Shown: positions 41,699 through 54,514, numbered from the stretch's first letter. The stretch: DNA of 64,000 nt from an uncultured delta proteobacterium (GCA_963809875.1 CAWELC010000005.1:152836-216835); one strand, 5' to 3'. Notes: generated from the sequence alone by a model not told the origin. A program made the numbers and translations.

Positions 41699-41730
41699 GT
41701 GCCCCCCGGTAGTTCAGGGGATAGAGCATT
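41699..41730 (+). other. Truncated tRNA-like fragment (acceptor 5' strand + complete D-arm only)
   Basis: GCCCCCCGG TA GTTC AGGGGATA GAGC A matches the 5' ~29 nt of a tRNA. It is 16/16 identical to the D-arm of the tRNA-Arg at 49286. No anticodon or T arm follows. Confidence 0.35.
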
Positions 41731-42206
41731 CTCTGACTACCTACTAGGGCGGGAAAATAGAAAAACAGGCAGTCTCATGAGTCATAGCTGCCGTTTCAAT
41801 CAGGGTCCTTGGTAGTGGGGACACGCTTTTCTCAGACGTTCACATGCTTTCCGCCGCTATTCGAGCATCGAACTGGTAATACGCCTCTGATACTCCTGAA
41901 GCCTAGCAATTTCGTTCCGATCGTTGATGAACATCCGAAAGAGGACGATCCCTTGATCTTCGGGTGTCCTGACAATGATCGCGTCCTTTCTATACTGAAC
42001 CGTATCGTCCGGACCGATGAATAACGTCTGTACGAATGAGAGCCGCCGCCGACCGGATCATGCACGGTGTGACGGATATGCCAAATCAAAACTGGAGAGG
42101 CAACACCCGGAAACCGATTCCGCAATTTAATCGACATGACCATACTTCACTCCAAAAAGGAAGCTCGTATCAACATCAATCGCTTATCGACAAAACAAAA
42201 TAATAT

Positions 42207-43298
42207 ATGTACATCGAAGAATTAATCAGGGCGCGCAATGAAATCGCCGAGATGGAAGCCTTAGAGGCATCCATCCTGGAGGCGATACCTCACGCCGTCA
42301 TCGGGTTAATGGACAGAAGGATTATTTTTGTCAATCAGGGGGTCACGGCTGTGTTCGGCTGGACATCCGATGAACTGATCGGCAGGAATACCCGTCTTTT
42401 GTACCGGACAGAAAAGGACTATGAAAGGATCGCCGGCAAACTCTATTCCGTTCTGGAAAAGCAGCCCATTACCAGCATGGAGTTCCCCTGTGTACGGAAA
42501 GACGGTACGGAAATAGAGTGCATGATCAACGCTGCGCGAATCGGCGAAAAATTAAAAGAAAAACGAGTGGTTATTACCTATGAGGATATTACGGACCGGA
42601 AACGGGCAGTACAAGAACTTGAACTGTCAAGGCAGCAGTTGCGCAAATTATCGGCGCACCTTGAATCAATACGGGAAAAGGAAAGAACCCGTATAGCACG
42701 TGAGTTGCACGATGAGTTAGGGCAGCTTCTGACGGCAATGAATACGGACATCATCCTGCTGAAAAACAAGATCCCGGCCGAACAGACGGTGCTGTCGGAC
42801 AGAGTTCATAGCCTTTCCTCCCTCGTTGATCTGACGATGAAGACTGTCAAGCAGATTTACATGGGGTTGCGTCCGGGCATGCTCGATCATCTCGGACTGA
42901 CAGCGGCCATCGCCTGGCAGGCCGAGGAATTTTCCAGACGCACCGGCATCGCCTGCAAAGTATCCTTAAGCCCGGAAGATATGGTCATCGATCCGGATTT
43001 GACGACGACCGTATTTCGCATTTTTCAAGAAACCTTGACGAACGTGCAGCGTCACGCCGAGGCCACGAGAGTAACTGTCCGCCTGAGGGCTACTAACGAC
43101 CGGCTCGAGTTTGTTGTCAAGGATAACGGCAAGGGCATCACGCATCATCAGATGAAAAAACCCGATTCGTTCGGTTTGCTGGGGATCAAAGAACGGGTCT
43201 ATCACTGGGGAGGGAAGGAGGCCATCGTCGGGAAAAGCGGGCGGGGCACCACCATAACGATCAGCATCCCCTTGCCAAAGACGGGAGAAAGGTCATGA
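42207..43298 (+). CDS. Sensor histidine kinase, cytoplasmic PAS + HisKA_3 + HATPase_c (NarL/LuxR-partner type)
   Basis: 363 aa with no TM segments. PAS domain, then an H-box ERTRIARELHDELGQ and N/G boxes (QETLTNVQRHA, LGIKER). Confidence 0.8.
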   Translation: MYIEELIRARNEIAEMEALEASILEAIPHAVIGLMDRRIIFVNQGVTAVFGWTSDELIGRNTRLLYRTEKDYERIAGKLYSVLEKQPITSMEFPCVRKDGTEIECMINAARIGEKLKEKRVVITYEDITDRKRAVQELELSRQQLRKLSAHLESIREKERTRIARELHDELGQLLTAMNTDIILLKNKIPAEQTVLSDRVHSLSSLVDLTMKTVKQIYMGLRPGMLDHLGLTAAIAWQAEEFSRRTGIACKVSLSPEDMVIDPDLTTTVFRIFQETLTNVQRHAEATRVTVRLRATNDRLEFVVKDNGKGITHHQMKKPDSFGLLGIKERVYHWGGKEAIVGKSGRGTTITISIPLPKTGERS

Positions 43299-43939
43299 CA
43301 GGGAAAAAGATCAGAATCCTTATTGCCGACGATCACCCCATTGTCCGCGCAGGTTTCAAGCAGGTTCTTTCAGAGACGCCTGATCTCGTTGTCGAGGATG
43401 AAGCGGGAAACGGCCAGGAAGTCCTCGCGTATATCAAAAAGAAACAATACGATGTTGTACTGCTGGATATTTCAATGCCCGGGAAGAACGGCCTGGAAAT
43501 CCTGCGAGAATTGAAAGCCGACTATCCAAAACTCCCCGTTCTAATTCTCAGCATCTACCCCGAAGAGCAATACGCCATCCGGGCATTACGGGCCGGGGCA
43601 GCCGGCTATCTGACAAAGGCAAGCGCACCCCATGAATTGATTTCGGCTATTCGGAAGATTTCCGCAGGCGCACGCTACATCAGCGCGTCCCTCGGCGAAA
43701 AGCTGGCCGACTATCTGGACACCGACATGACGAAATTGCCCCACGAAACCCTGTCCGATCGCGAGCATCAAGTCATGCAGCTTATAGCATCCGGAAAGAC
43801 CGTCTCGGAAATTGCCGAGATTCTGCATCTGAGCGTCAAAACCATCAGCACCTACCGCTCCCATATTCTGGAAAAGATGAAGATGAAAAGCAATGCCGAA
43901 ATTATCCTGTACGCAGTACAGAACAAACTCGTAGGGTAA
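43295..43939 (+). CDS. Response regulator, NarL/FixJ family (REC + LuxR-type HTH)
   Basis: RILIADDH, then a D in LLDISMPG, then a C-terminal LuxR HTH (LSDREHQVMQLIASGKTVSEIAEILHLSVKTI). ATGA overlap with the kinase gene. Confidence 0.85.
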   Translation: MTGKKIRILIADDHPIVRAGFKQVLSETPDLVVEDEAGNGQEVLAYIKKKQYDVVLLDISMPGKNGLEILRELKADYPKLPVLILSIYPEEQYAIRALRAGAAGYLTKASAPHELISAIRKISAGARYISASLGEKLADYLDTDMTKLPHETLSDREHQVMQLIASGKTVSEIAEILHLSVKTISTYRSHILEKMKMKSNAEIILYAVQNKLVG

Positions 43940-44021
43940 CCGTCATGTGTCCCTTCATCAGCATCGGGAATAACACAGGGCTTTCTCTATCCTGAGAATA
44001 AATTTACGGCAGTTGCATCCT

Positions 44022-44681
44022 TTATTCGACCCATTCAACGGCCCCATCTGCATTGAGACGCGGGCCGGTAATATCCTGAACCTCCTTTGTTGTCCAACCC
44101 GGGGCTATTTCCCGAAGGCACAATCCTTTTTCCGTAATATCAATTACCGCCACATCGGTCACAATCATCGATACGCACCGCCGGGCGGTCATCGGGTAGG
44201 TACAGTCGGTCACGATCTTCGGTTCTCCCTGCGGGGTCGTATGTTTCATCATGACAATGACTTTTTTAGCTCCGGAGGCGAGATCCATCGCCCCGCCATA
44301 GCTTCCAACCGTCCTGCCGAGGACCTTCCAGTTTGACAGGTCTCCTTTCTCAGAGACCTGGAACCCGCCAAGTACGGTGACGTCAAGATGTCCTCCCCGA
44401 ACCATGGCGAATGCTTGGGCGCTGTCGAAAAATGATGCGCCCGGAACCACCGTAACGTTTTCGTCCCCCGCGTTGCCGAGGTCTTTATCTTCCATTCCTG
44501 CAGGGGCATGTGAGCCGACCCCCAACACCCCGTTTTCCGAGTGGACGAGTATGTGTACGCCGGGAGGGATATACGATGCAACCATCATGGGCATCCCGAT
44601 GCCGAGATTGACACAAAAACCGTCCTGGAGTTCCCGTGCCACGCGTCTGGCCAATTGTTCTTCTGATACTCTATTCTTCAT
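44022..44681 (-). CDS. CoA transferase (3-oxoacid/acetate CoA-transferase) subunit B
   Basis: Start trimmed to MKNRVSEEQL. Family I CoA-transferase beta-subunit motifs, including the catalytic-Glu region SENG. Confidence 0.8.
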   Translation of the reverse strand: MKNRVSEEQLARRVARELQDGFCVNLGIGMPMMVASYIPPGVHILVHSENGVLGVGSHAPAGMEDKDLGNAGDENVTVVPGASFFDSAQAFAMVRGGHLDVTVLGGFQVSEKGDLSNWKVLGRTVGSYGGAMDLASGAKKVIVMMKHTTPQGEPKIVTDCTYPMTARRCVSMIVTDVAVIDITEKGLCLREIAPGWTTKEVQDITGPRLNADGAVEWVE

Positions 44682-44685
44682 GGTT

Positions 44686-45654
44686 TTAGTTGCACCCCCC
44701 GTTACGAACGTGAACAACACGGTCTACAAAAACACAGGGAGTCATAACACGATCCGGGTCAAGGGCATCCGGTTCGATAAGGTTCTCAGCTTCCACTACG
44801 GTCGTCTTTGCCGCCATGGCCATTATCGGGTTGAAATTGCGTGCTGATTTCCTGTATACGAGGTTTCCCAGTGTATCGGACGTATAGGCCTTGATCAGCG
44901 CGAAATCCGCCTTGAGCGAATATTCGAGCAGCATTTCGCGGCCGTCAATGACGCGTGTTTCTCTTTCTGCAGAAGCTTCCGTGCCGACCCCCGTAGGAGT
45001 ATAAAACGCGCCGATGCCGGCACCGCCCGCCCGGATTCGTTCCGCGAGGGTCCCCTGGGGCACGAGATCGACAACGACCTGGCCTTCCATTGCCGCACGC
45101 TCAAGCACGCTTACTTTTTTTGGCGACCCGAACACGGCGAAACAGGTGATAACCTTTTTGACCATCCCCGCCTGGATGAGAATATCCACGTCTATGGGGT
45201 TTTTCCATCCTCCGCTTGCGTCGTTTCGGATGACGGTAAGGTCCTTCGGCCCCAGGTCGCGCAGGGCAAGGAGAAGATTTGACGGTGTCCCCCTTGCTGT
45301 GAACCCTCCGACCATGATGGTTGCGCCGTCACGTATCCCGGCCACCGCCTCTTTACACGTCGCGTATAATTTTTTTCCGTTGCCCTGCGCCCTTTCCCTC
45401 TCAACGCGTAACCGGCTGTTTGAGACAGCCGCCCGGGCATCCCCCGTTTGCCTGCCGTCCGTGTTGCCGGAAGCCCCCCATGGATTGACATCCGGATCAT
45501 CTTTACACGTCGGGCAAAAATAGCGGGCGCTTAAGTCTTCGGCACCGCCGCCCCATATCTCCAGCTTGCAGCAATCGCCGCATATCGCCGTTCCGCAGTT
45601 GTCACATTCCGTTTTTGCCTGTTTTTTCCCACAAGCTGTACATTTTCTTTCCAT
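44686..45654 (-). CDS. CoA transferase subunit A with ~95-aa N-terminal Cys-rich (zinc-ribbon-like) extension
   Basis: The canonical alpha-subunit begins at KKLYATCKEAVAGIRDGATIMVGGF. No Met precedes it, so the ORF necessarily includes the extension CTACG..CDNCG..CGDCC..CPTC (8 Cys in four CxxC-like pairs). Confidence 0.65.
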   Translation of the reverse strand: MERKCTACGKKQAKTECDNCGTAICGDCCKLEIWGGGAEDLSARYFCPTCKDDPDVNPWGASGNTDGRQTGDARAAVSNSRLRVERERAQGNGKKLYATCKEAVAGIRDGATIMVGGFTARGTPSNLLLALRDLGPKDLTVIRNDASGGWKNPIDVDILIQAGMVKKVITCFAVFGSPKKVSVLERAAMEGQVVVDLVPQGTLAERIRAGGAGIGAFYTPTGVGTEASAERETRVIDGREMLLEYSLKADFALIKAYTSDTLGNLVYRKSARNFNPIMAMAAKTTVVEAENLIEPDALDPDRVMTPCVFVDRVVHVRNGGCN

Positions 45655-46176
45655 AACCCTACTCCTTGCTTGGTCGGTTGAGGAGACGATCTATCTCTAT
45701 TCCCTATCCTTCTTTGTAGTGGCACTCTACTCTCTGACGCTTTTCCCGGCAATCAGGCCGGGTCTGATTCTTTCTTGGGAGAAGGGATGGAATTGACTTC
45801 AGACAAAAGGCGGCTTTGTCATCGGTGTTTGTCTGATGGAAGCAGGCTGGTTCTTGTCAAAATCAAAATGGCATGCACCTTTGTACCCTGTCATTGAAGA
45901 TTGATCAGAATCAACTTACACCTTTGCGAGAGACTTCCGGTTGTACATCAAAATATAAGGAGCTGCGATATCTCGCAGCTTCCCAGTCGCTATCCGGGAT
46001 TGATCGCTGTCATTTACTCACGTGCCCATCCGTATCGTCTTTCGTGCAGGAGACTTATCCAAGATCGCCTCTCGAAGCCTTCTATATGGGACTTGATCCC
46101 GTTCTATACCAGCCGGTTGATGATCCAGCCGGCTTCTTCCTGGGCATCGAGGTTGCCGCATAATCTCAATCTAGAG

Positions 46177-46205
46177 TTGACATTGGTTTCGTATTAAGAT
46201 ATCAT
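46177..46205 (+). promoter_or_regulatory. Candidate sigma70 promoter (-35 TTGACA, 17-nt spacer, -10 TATCAT) upstream of the Fur-family gene
   Basis: The hexamers are read directly from the sequence. It lies about 35 nt upstream of the regulator start. Confidence 0.4.
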
Positions 46206-46241
46206 TCTTGTTTAGGATAGCATTCCAATTTAGGCTTTGAA

Positions 46242-48921
<2,680 letters not shown>

Positions 48922-49285
48922 TCGCAACATAGACGGGCTCTTCTGCGTTGCGCCTAAACCGAGAACTGGAGACATACGATACTTATCTCTTGTCAAGCCA
49001 ATTGTATATGCTCCTCCCTCGTTTTTAAAAGCGGGGGAGTTTCTTATGCCCGTTTCGTGGATTTTTTGGATTTCTTACTATTCCGAGGATAGGCTTAAAG
49101 CAAGATAGGATGAGTTCGATATTCTTTTCCAGAGCTTAAATGGAAGAAAGTTTCATTCTTACTTTGCGCTTTCCTGAGTAGTATAGAGTTCCCCCATTTT
49201 TTCTCTATTGATCTGAGAAGAGTATTTGACTTCCGACTGATAGCATGGTAAGGTATTTTTCAGCCAGAAAATGAACGGTTGTTAT

Positions 49286-49360
49286 GCGCCCGTAGCTCAG
49301 GGGATAGAGCACAGCGCTCCGGACGCTGGTGCGCAGGTTCGAGTCCTGCCGGGCGCACCA
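49286..49360 (+). tRNA. tRNA-Arg (anticodon CCG)
   Basis: Cloverleaf read by eye. Acceptor GCGCCCG/CGGGCGC, D-arm GCTC-AGGGGATA-GAGC, anticodon stem CAGCG/CGCTG with loop CTCCGGA (anticodon CCG), T-arm GCAGG-TTCGAGT-CCTGC, then A + CCA. Confidence 0.85.
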
Positions 49361-49521
49361 AAACCGGATCGAGGCTTGCCCGGAAAAGTCCGGTGTTCCC
49401 GGACAACCGTCGCAAGAGTGTAAGAATGAGCCGCAAAGTCTGCGCGGCAGTCTTGGATCCGCTTTCATACTATGTGACACCGCTGATCGTTAGCTCCCCC
49501 CGTCATTGTGAAGGTTCGAAG

Positions 49522-49812
49522 ATGAAAGTAAAGGTTTTCGTCAGAGACAAAGAGATCGATCTCAATCCTTTCACCGAAGGGTACGTCGGGAACGTCCTGT
49601 CGAGTATCGCGGCCTCCCTCAAGGGGGTCGGTTCCCCGCGCCGTATCGAATTTTCCGTCTCCGGAGGGCGTCTCGGCATTATTTCGGACGGGGTCCCCGT
49701 CCAGCTTGCGGGCTTTGCAGAGCTCATCGCCGCAGATACCGTAGCCGCAGTCCTCAAACACCTCAAGGGATTTTCGCCCGATGATCCGGTACGGATCACT
49801 ATCGAGCTCTAA
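49522..49812 (+). CDS. Hypothetical small protein (96 aa)
   Basis: ATG at 49522 follows GAAGG. The longer 177-aa ORF upstream overlaps the tRNA and is unlikely to be real. Confidence 0.4.
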   Translation: MKVKVFVRDKEIDLNPFTEGYVGNVLSSIAASLKGVGSPRRIEFSVSGGRLGIISDGVPVQLAGFAELIAADTVAAVLKHLKGFSPDDPVRITIEL

Positions 49813-49826
49813 AAGGAGATCTCTCA

Positions 49827-50024
49827 ATGATCGAAATCTATAAGCTTCTTGGGATTATCCTGGTCGCTACCGGAGCCGTAGACATGATCATCCTGCCCCG
49901 AATAATCGCGCGGGCCAAGGGAGACAAGAACACCCCGTTCGCTACGACCCTCATCTGGGTCATCGCCCTCGGCACGATGGTCGCGGGAGGCCTGTGCTAC
50001 TTTGGGATATTCGGGACGTTTTAA
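49827..50024 (+). CDS. Hypothetical small membrane protein (65 aa, 2 predicted TM helices)
   Basis: Hydrophobic ORF preceded by AGGAGA, 14 nt after the previous stop. Confidence 0.3.
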   Translation: MIEIYKLLGIILVATGAVDMIILPRIIARAKGDKNTPFATTLIWVIALGTMVAGGLCYFGIFGTF

Positions 50025-50383
50025 GTGCATGGGGGTTAGAAGTGGAATATAAAGACGATTTCGGAATTGATGAGGAAGAGAAGGAGGGCCAGAATTCCGA
50101 GTATGGCCCCGCGCCTTCAACCGAGTCCCCCCACACCCAGATCGACACGTCGGAGATCAAACCGACGGGAACGGGGTGCCGGACCTGCGCCATCTTCGTC
50201 CTGCTGATAGGGGCGGTGCTGGGGTTTGTCTACTTCTACTACCAGGACCAGCCGCAAAACCAGCCGACTCCCGGCACAACCGCGCCGGGTCAAATTCAGC
50301 CGAAGTGAGATTTCGATTTCCGGGAGAGGCCGGCCCCGTGTCGCGCATCCCGGGGGTGTATCGATAGAGCAGCATCCTGCAAA

Positions 50384-50404
50384 GGCGGCCCGGGCCGCCT
50401 TTTT
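50384..50404. terminator. Palindromic GC-rich hairpin GGCGGCCC/GGGCCGCC followed by TTTTT; candidate bidirectional intrinsic terminator
   Basis: Read directly from the sequence. Located between the end of the minus-strand aspartate kinase gene (50448) and the plus-strand small ORFs. It has a T5 run on the plus side and AAA on the other side. Confidence 0.5.
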
Positions 50405-50447
50405 AACACGCGCAACTGAGCGCAACCCCCGGTATCTTTCGACTGTG

Positions 50448-51671
50448 TCAGCTCCTGGGGATAAAGGCGTCGTGACAGGCCTGTACCGCTTCGTCGACCT
50501 TTGCCCGATCGATCAGCGTACTGATCCGGAAGCGCGACGTGTGGACGTCGTGAACCTGAATACCCCTGTCGCTCAATAAGGAGAGGGCCTTCTTCACATT
50601 CTGACCGGTGTTGTTGATCCCCTCTCCGACAAGAGAGATCGCCCCCCATTCCTCGAAAAAAAGGATCCGCTTCGGGAATCGCAAGGCCAGGCGTTCCTTC
50701 ATGCCTTGATAACCGTGTACGTTTTCGAGCGACAGGATGAAGGTGAAGGAAAAACCGCCCCCTCCATACGTCTTGAGATCAAACTGTTTATAATCGGCCG
50801 CCTCCCCGTCCAGGAAATCCAGTATTCCGGTGACCTCCTCCCGGGAAAAGAGGTCGTCGGAGACGACGTAGATCATCTCCCTTTCGAAAACCACCGCCCG
50901 GACAAGGCCTGTCCGGGCCTCCTCGTAGAAATCTCCGACCACCGTCCCGGTGCCCGTCCCGAAAGTGGAAACGGATCTGATGGTGATGCCGGCCCGCTTT
51001 GCATACTGGACGGCCGCCGAGTTCAAGACGCGCGCTCCGGCCTCCGCCATCTCCTGCATCTCGTCAAACGAGAGGCATTCGATCTTCCGGGCATCGGCCA
51101 CGATCCGGGGATCGGTCGAGAGGACCCCGTCCACGTCCGAACAGATCTCGAGATACTCGGCGTTCAGCGCCGCTGCCAGCGCGACCGCCGTCGTATCGGA
51201 TCCCCCGCGCCCCAGGGTCGTCACCTCGTTTTCGGTGCTGACCCCCTGGTATCCCGCCACAATGGCGATCAACCCGGACTCCAACGCCTCCACGATCCGC
51301 CGCGGCCTCACCTCCACGATCCTGGCGTTGGAATGGCGGGTGTCGGTGATGATGCCGCTCTGGGAGCCGGTAAACGACTTGGCGGGGTGGCCCATCTCGT
51401 TGAGCGCCATGGACAGCAGCGTCATGGAAATGCGCTCGCCGACGGAAAGGAGCATATCCAGCTCCCGGGCGGTGGGAATCTTGACCACCTCTTTTGCCAG
51501 CGACAGGAGCCGGTCGGTGGTATCGCCCATAGCGCTCACGACCACGACGACCCTCTTGCCCCGATCCTTTTCGGCGATGATCCTCCGGGCAACCCCCATC
51601 AGCTTTTCCGGGTCGGCTACCGACGAACCGCCGTATTTGTGCACGACGACGTGCTGTATCTCGGAACCCAT
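50448..51671 (-). CDS. lysC: Aspartate kinase
   Basis: Start trimmed to [18 protein letters not shown] (AAAGG RBS). Amino-acid kinase domain, then two C-terminal ACT domains. Confidence 0.85.
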   Translation of the reverse strand: MGSEIQHVVVHKYGGSSVADPEKLMGVARRIIAEKDRGKRVVVVVSAMGDTTDRLLSLAKEVVKIPTARELDMLLSVGERISMTLLSMALNEMGHPAKSFTGSQSGIITDTRHSNARIVEVRPRRIVEALESGLIAIVAGYQGVSTENEVTTLGRGGSDTTAVALAAALNAEYLEICSDVDGVLSTDPRIVADARKIECLSFDEMQEMAEAGARVLNSAAVQYAKRAGITIRSVSTFGTGTGTVVGDFYEEARTGLVRAVVFEREMIYVVSDDLFSREEVTGILDFLDGEAADYKQFDLKTYGGGGFSFTFILSLENVHGYQGMKERLALRFPKRILFFEEWGAISLVGEGINNTGQNVKKALSLLSDRGIQVHDVHTSRFRISTLIDRAKVDEAVQACHDAFIPRS

Positions 51672-51697
51672 CTTCGCTTTTCCGCCTTTCGCTCGCC

Positions 51698-52045
51698 CTA
51701 TCCGGCAAGGCCGTCGCCGAGCTTCCTGCCTCCCAGCACGTGCAGGTGCAGGTGCCAAATGATCTGGCCCCCCTCGGGGCCATTATTGATTACCGTACGG
51801 AAGCCCCGATGATCTATACCCTTTCTCTTTGCGACCTCAAAAGCCCCGCGGTATATGTCTGCCATGATCGACATCTTACCGTCCCTATAGAGGGCGTTGA
51901 GATCGTCCACATGCTCCTTGGGGACTACCACGACGTGGGTAGGCGCCTGGGGGTTTACATCCTCAAAACAGAAGACCTTGTCGTCCTCGTAGACGACCGT
52001 GGAGGGCAGCTCTTTGGAGATCAGTTTGCAGAAGAGACATCCCAT
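51698..52045 (-). CDS. HIT family (histidine triad) nucleotide hydrolase
   Basis: Start MGCLFCKLI with a GAGGGAGG RBS. C-terminal HLHLHVLGG histidine-triad motif. Confidence 0.75.
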   Translation of the reverse strand: MGCLFCKLISKELPSTVVYEDDKVFCFEDVNPQAPTHVVVVPKEHVDDLNALYRDGKMSIMADIYRGAFEVAKRKGIDHRGFRTVINNGPEGGQIIWHLHLHVLGGRKLGDGLAG

Positions 52046-52240
52046 ATCACATACCTCCCTCATCGGATAGAGATTTAGCAGATTATATCGCCCAGGTCTT
52101 CGGAATGCAAGGGTGTCGACTATATTGGTTGTAAAAGGTCGATGATGGTGATACAAACAGACACATTCTCTCACTATTTTCAGAACCATTCCCGAAAATC
52201 ATTGTCATTAACGGTATCCATGTCCTATGGGAGGCCCGTC

Positions 52241-54514
52241 ATGAAAAAGGCAGTCGTCTTTCTCTGTATCCTGATAGCGTCTTATTCCTTAACGGCGTTT
52301 GCCCAGCCGGAGCAGAAGCTTCCCGATCTGCCGGGTGGAGCCGTCACCATCCCCTGGTCGGACTTCAAAGAGCTCATAAAGGGGTTGATGGCCCCACCCC
52401 CGGTTCCTCCGACCCCGCCGGAGCCGCCCGCCGACTATTCGGTGAGCTCGGCGTCCTACGTTGGGAGGATCGAGGGTGAGAGCGCCGTCTTTTCCGCTTC
52501 GTTTGCGGTGACGATCCTCGCCGAAAAGAAATGGGTCGAGGTACCGCTGGTCTCCGATGAGACGGCAGTCTCCAACGTCATGATGGACGGCGTCCCGGTC
52601 ACCCTCGCGGCGCGGGACGGCTCCTATGTTGTCTTCAGCGACAAGCCGGGAAGGCACATCGTAACGCTGAACTTCTACGTCACCGCGGATTCCGGGTCCG
52701 GAAAGAACGCGGTCGATATCCCTCTGCCGCAGGTCCCGGCGTCAACCCTCACGTTTACGGTTCCCAAGCCGGGGCTTGACATCCAAATCACGCCCGCCCA
52801 CTTCAAGAAGGTCACGCCTTCGGGAGGGGGTACCACACTCGAGGCGGTGCTGCCGATAACCGACCGGGCAGTCATCTCCTGGAGTCCTGCTGTGCGCGAG
52901 GAAGCCTCCGGAACGCTCAGGGTCCAGGCCCAGGTGAACACCATCATCTCGGTGGGAGAGGGGATCATGAAAGGGGTCACCACCGTTACGTATGACATCT
53001 CACACGGGACGCTCTCGAGCTTTTCGATCACGATGCCCGCAGACATCGAAATCATCGATGTCTCGGGGGACGCGGTCCGCGACTGGAAGGTCGTCCCGAA
53101 CGGCGGCACCTCGACGATCCTCGTTACCGCCGGGTTTCCCGCCTCCGGCACGACTAGCATCGTGCTCCTGTATGAGCGCAATATGGGCGGGACGACCGCC
53201 GATATCGAGGTGCCCCAGATCGAGGTGAACAACGTAACCCGGGAGATCGGCTATCTCGCGGTGACCGCGTCCACCAAGGTGGGGGTGGAGGAGATCTCGT
53301 CCAAGAACCTGGCGGGCCTGGACAGCACCGAACTGCCCGCCGAGATGGTCTCGGCATCGGAAAACCCGATCCTCTTTTCCTATAAGTACCTCAAGCACCC
53401 CTATGCCCTCAAGCTTGCGGTGGTGACCTACCAGGATATCCCAAGCCTCACCACGGTGGTCACGAAGGCCGACTTTTCATCCCTGCTCACGGTGCGGGGC
53501 GACCTGGTAACCCGGGCGGTCTTCGAGGTCAAGAATAACGTGAAGCAGTTCATGAGGCTTTCCCTGCCCAAGAAGTCGACCCTCTGGAGCGTCTACGTCT
53601 CCGATCGGCCGGTCAAGCCGTCGATGGACAAGGATGGCGCAATCCTCATCCCGCTGGACCGCTCCACCAGAACCGATAGCTCACTCACCTCGTTTACCGT
53701 CGAGCTCGTCTACATCACGGAGACCAAACCCCTCGGCGCGCTCTTCGGCCGCCGGGAATTTGTCGCCCCCGTTATAGACATCCAGACCGACGCCCAGGCG
53801 TGGACCATCTATCTCCCCGAGCGGTTCGCCTACCGGAGTGTTGGAAAAGACATGGAGAAGGCCGCGCCGACCCCCGTGGTAAGTGGGGGGGAGATGGAGA
53901 GCAACGCCCCGGCCACGGCTCCCACCGAGGAGATGACGGTGTCCGACGAGATGTATCGTGATAAGAAGGAGGCGCCTAAAACCCAGATCTACACCGAAAA
54001 GAATATCTACGCGGAGGGACTCTTGTCGATCGGAGGCGGCGCAGGGATGAAAGGTGTGCTGCCGGTGAAACTCGATATCCCCTTTTCCGGCCGTGCGATG
54101 GGTTTTACCAAGGCGATCGTCAGGCCCGGCGAGCTATCGACCGTTGCCATCAGGTATGAGGGCAGGGGGCTCTCGAGCCTGTTCCTTTATCTCGGGGTCG
54201 TCCTGTGTGCCCTCCTGTTTGTCTGCATTATTATCTCGGTACGACAGTCGGTTGGGGCGCGGCACATCGTCATCGAGCCAGGGCTTGCAGCGCTTTTCGT
54301 CTCGTCACTGATTGCGATCATCCTGATATCCGTTTTCCTGATTATGGACGTCGCTGCGATATGGTGGGGGCTTTTCATCGCCATTATCGTCGGCGGCTCC
54401 CTTTTCGTGAGGGACCTGATCGTAAGACTCAAGGAGTCGGCCGAGCGGTCGAAAGCCCAAGGCGTCAGGCAGGAGAAAGAGCGGACGCGGTCGGAAAAGA
54501 AGCATGAGAAATAA
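52241..54514 (+). CDS. Large secreted / C-terminally membrane-anchored protein of unknown function (paralog A)
   Basis: Start MKKAVVFLCILIASYSLTAFA has a signal peptide and a GGGAGG RBS. Motif TIPWSDFKEL, then a Pro-rich PPPVPPTPPEPP stretch. About 620 aa are predicted extracytoplasmic and beta-rich. The C-terminus has 3 hydrophobic helices and a KR-rich tail. Confidence 0.55.
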   Translation: MKKAVVFLCILIASYSLTAFAQPEQKLPDLPGGAVTIPWSDFKELIKGLMAPPPVPPTPPEPPADYSVSSASYVGRIEGESAVFSASFAVTILAEKKWVEVPLVSDETAVSNVMMDGVPVTLAARDGSYVVFSDKPGRHIVTLNFYVTADSGSGKNAVDIPLPQVPASTLTFTVPKPGLDIQITPAHFKKVTPSGGGTTLEAVLPITDRAVISWSPAVREEASGTLRVQAQVNTIISVGEGIMKGVTTVTYDISHGTLSSFSITMPADIEIIDVSGDAVRDWKVVPNGGTSTILVTAGFPASGTTSIVLLYERNMGGTTADIEVPQIEVNNVTREIGYLAVTASTKVGVEEISSKNLAGLDSTELPAEMVSASENPILFSYKYLKHPYALKLAVVTYQDIPSLTTVVTKADFSSLLTVRGDLVTRAVFEVKNNVKQFMRLSLPKKSTLWSVYVSDRPVKPSMDKDGAILIPLDRSTRTDSSLTSFTVELVYITETKPLGALFGRREFVAPVIDIQTDAQAWTIYLPERFAYRSVGKDMEKAAPTPVVSGGEMESNAPATAPTEEMTVSDEMYRDKKEAPKTQIYTEKNIYAEGLLSIGGGAGMKGVLPVKLDIPFSGRAMGFTKAIVRPGELSTVAIRYEGRGLSSLFLYLGVVLCALLFVCIIISVRQSVGARHIVIEPGLAALFVSSLIAIILISVFLIMDVAAIWWGLFIAIIVGGSLFVRDLIVRLKESAERSKAQGVRQEKERTRSEKKHEK

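Noticed and set aside
24100-41900. Looked for CRISPR repeats, IS/transposase genes or integrase at the island edges
   Set aside because: There is no periodic short direct-repeat array anywhere in the window. There is no ORF with transposase (DDE), integrase or recombinase motifs. The only mobility hint is the tRNA fragment.
41313-42206. Small ORFs (41428..41631, 41520..41729, 41809..42024, 41832..42143) in the AT-rich spacer
   Set aside because: No RBS, no recognisable motifs, and mutually overlapping on both strands. Treated as non-coding leader or boundary DNA.
49279-49812. 177-aa ORF spanning the tRNA-Arg gene
   Set aside because: Its 5' half is the antisense or overlap of the tRNA and the promoter region. 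Only the 3' portion from the ATG at 49522 with an RBS is plausible coding.
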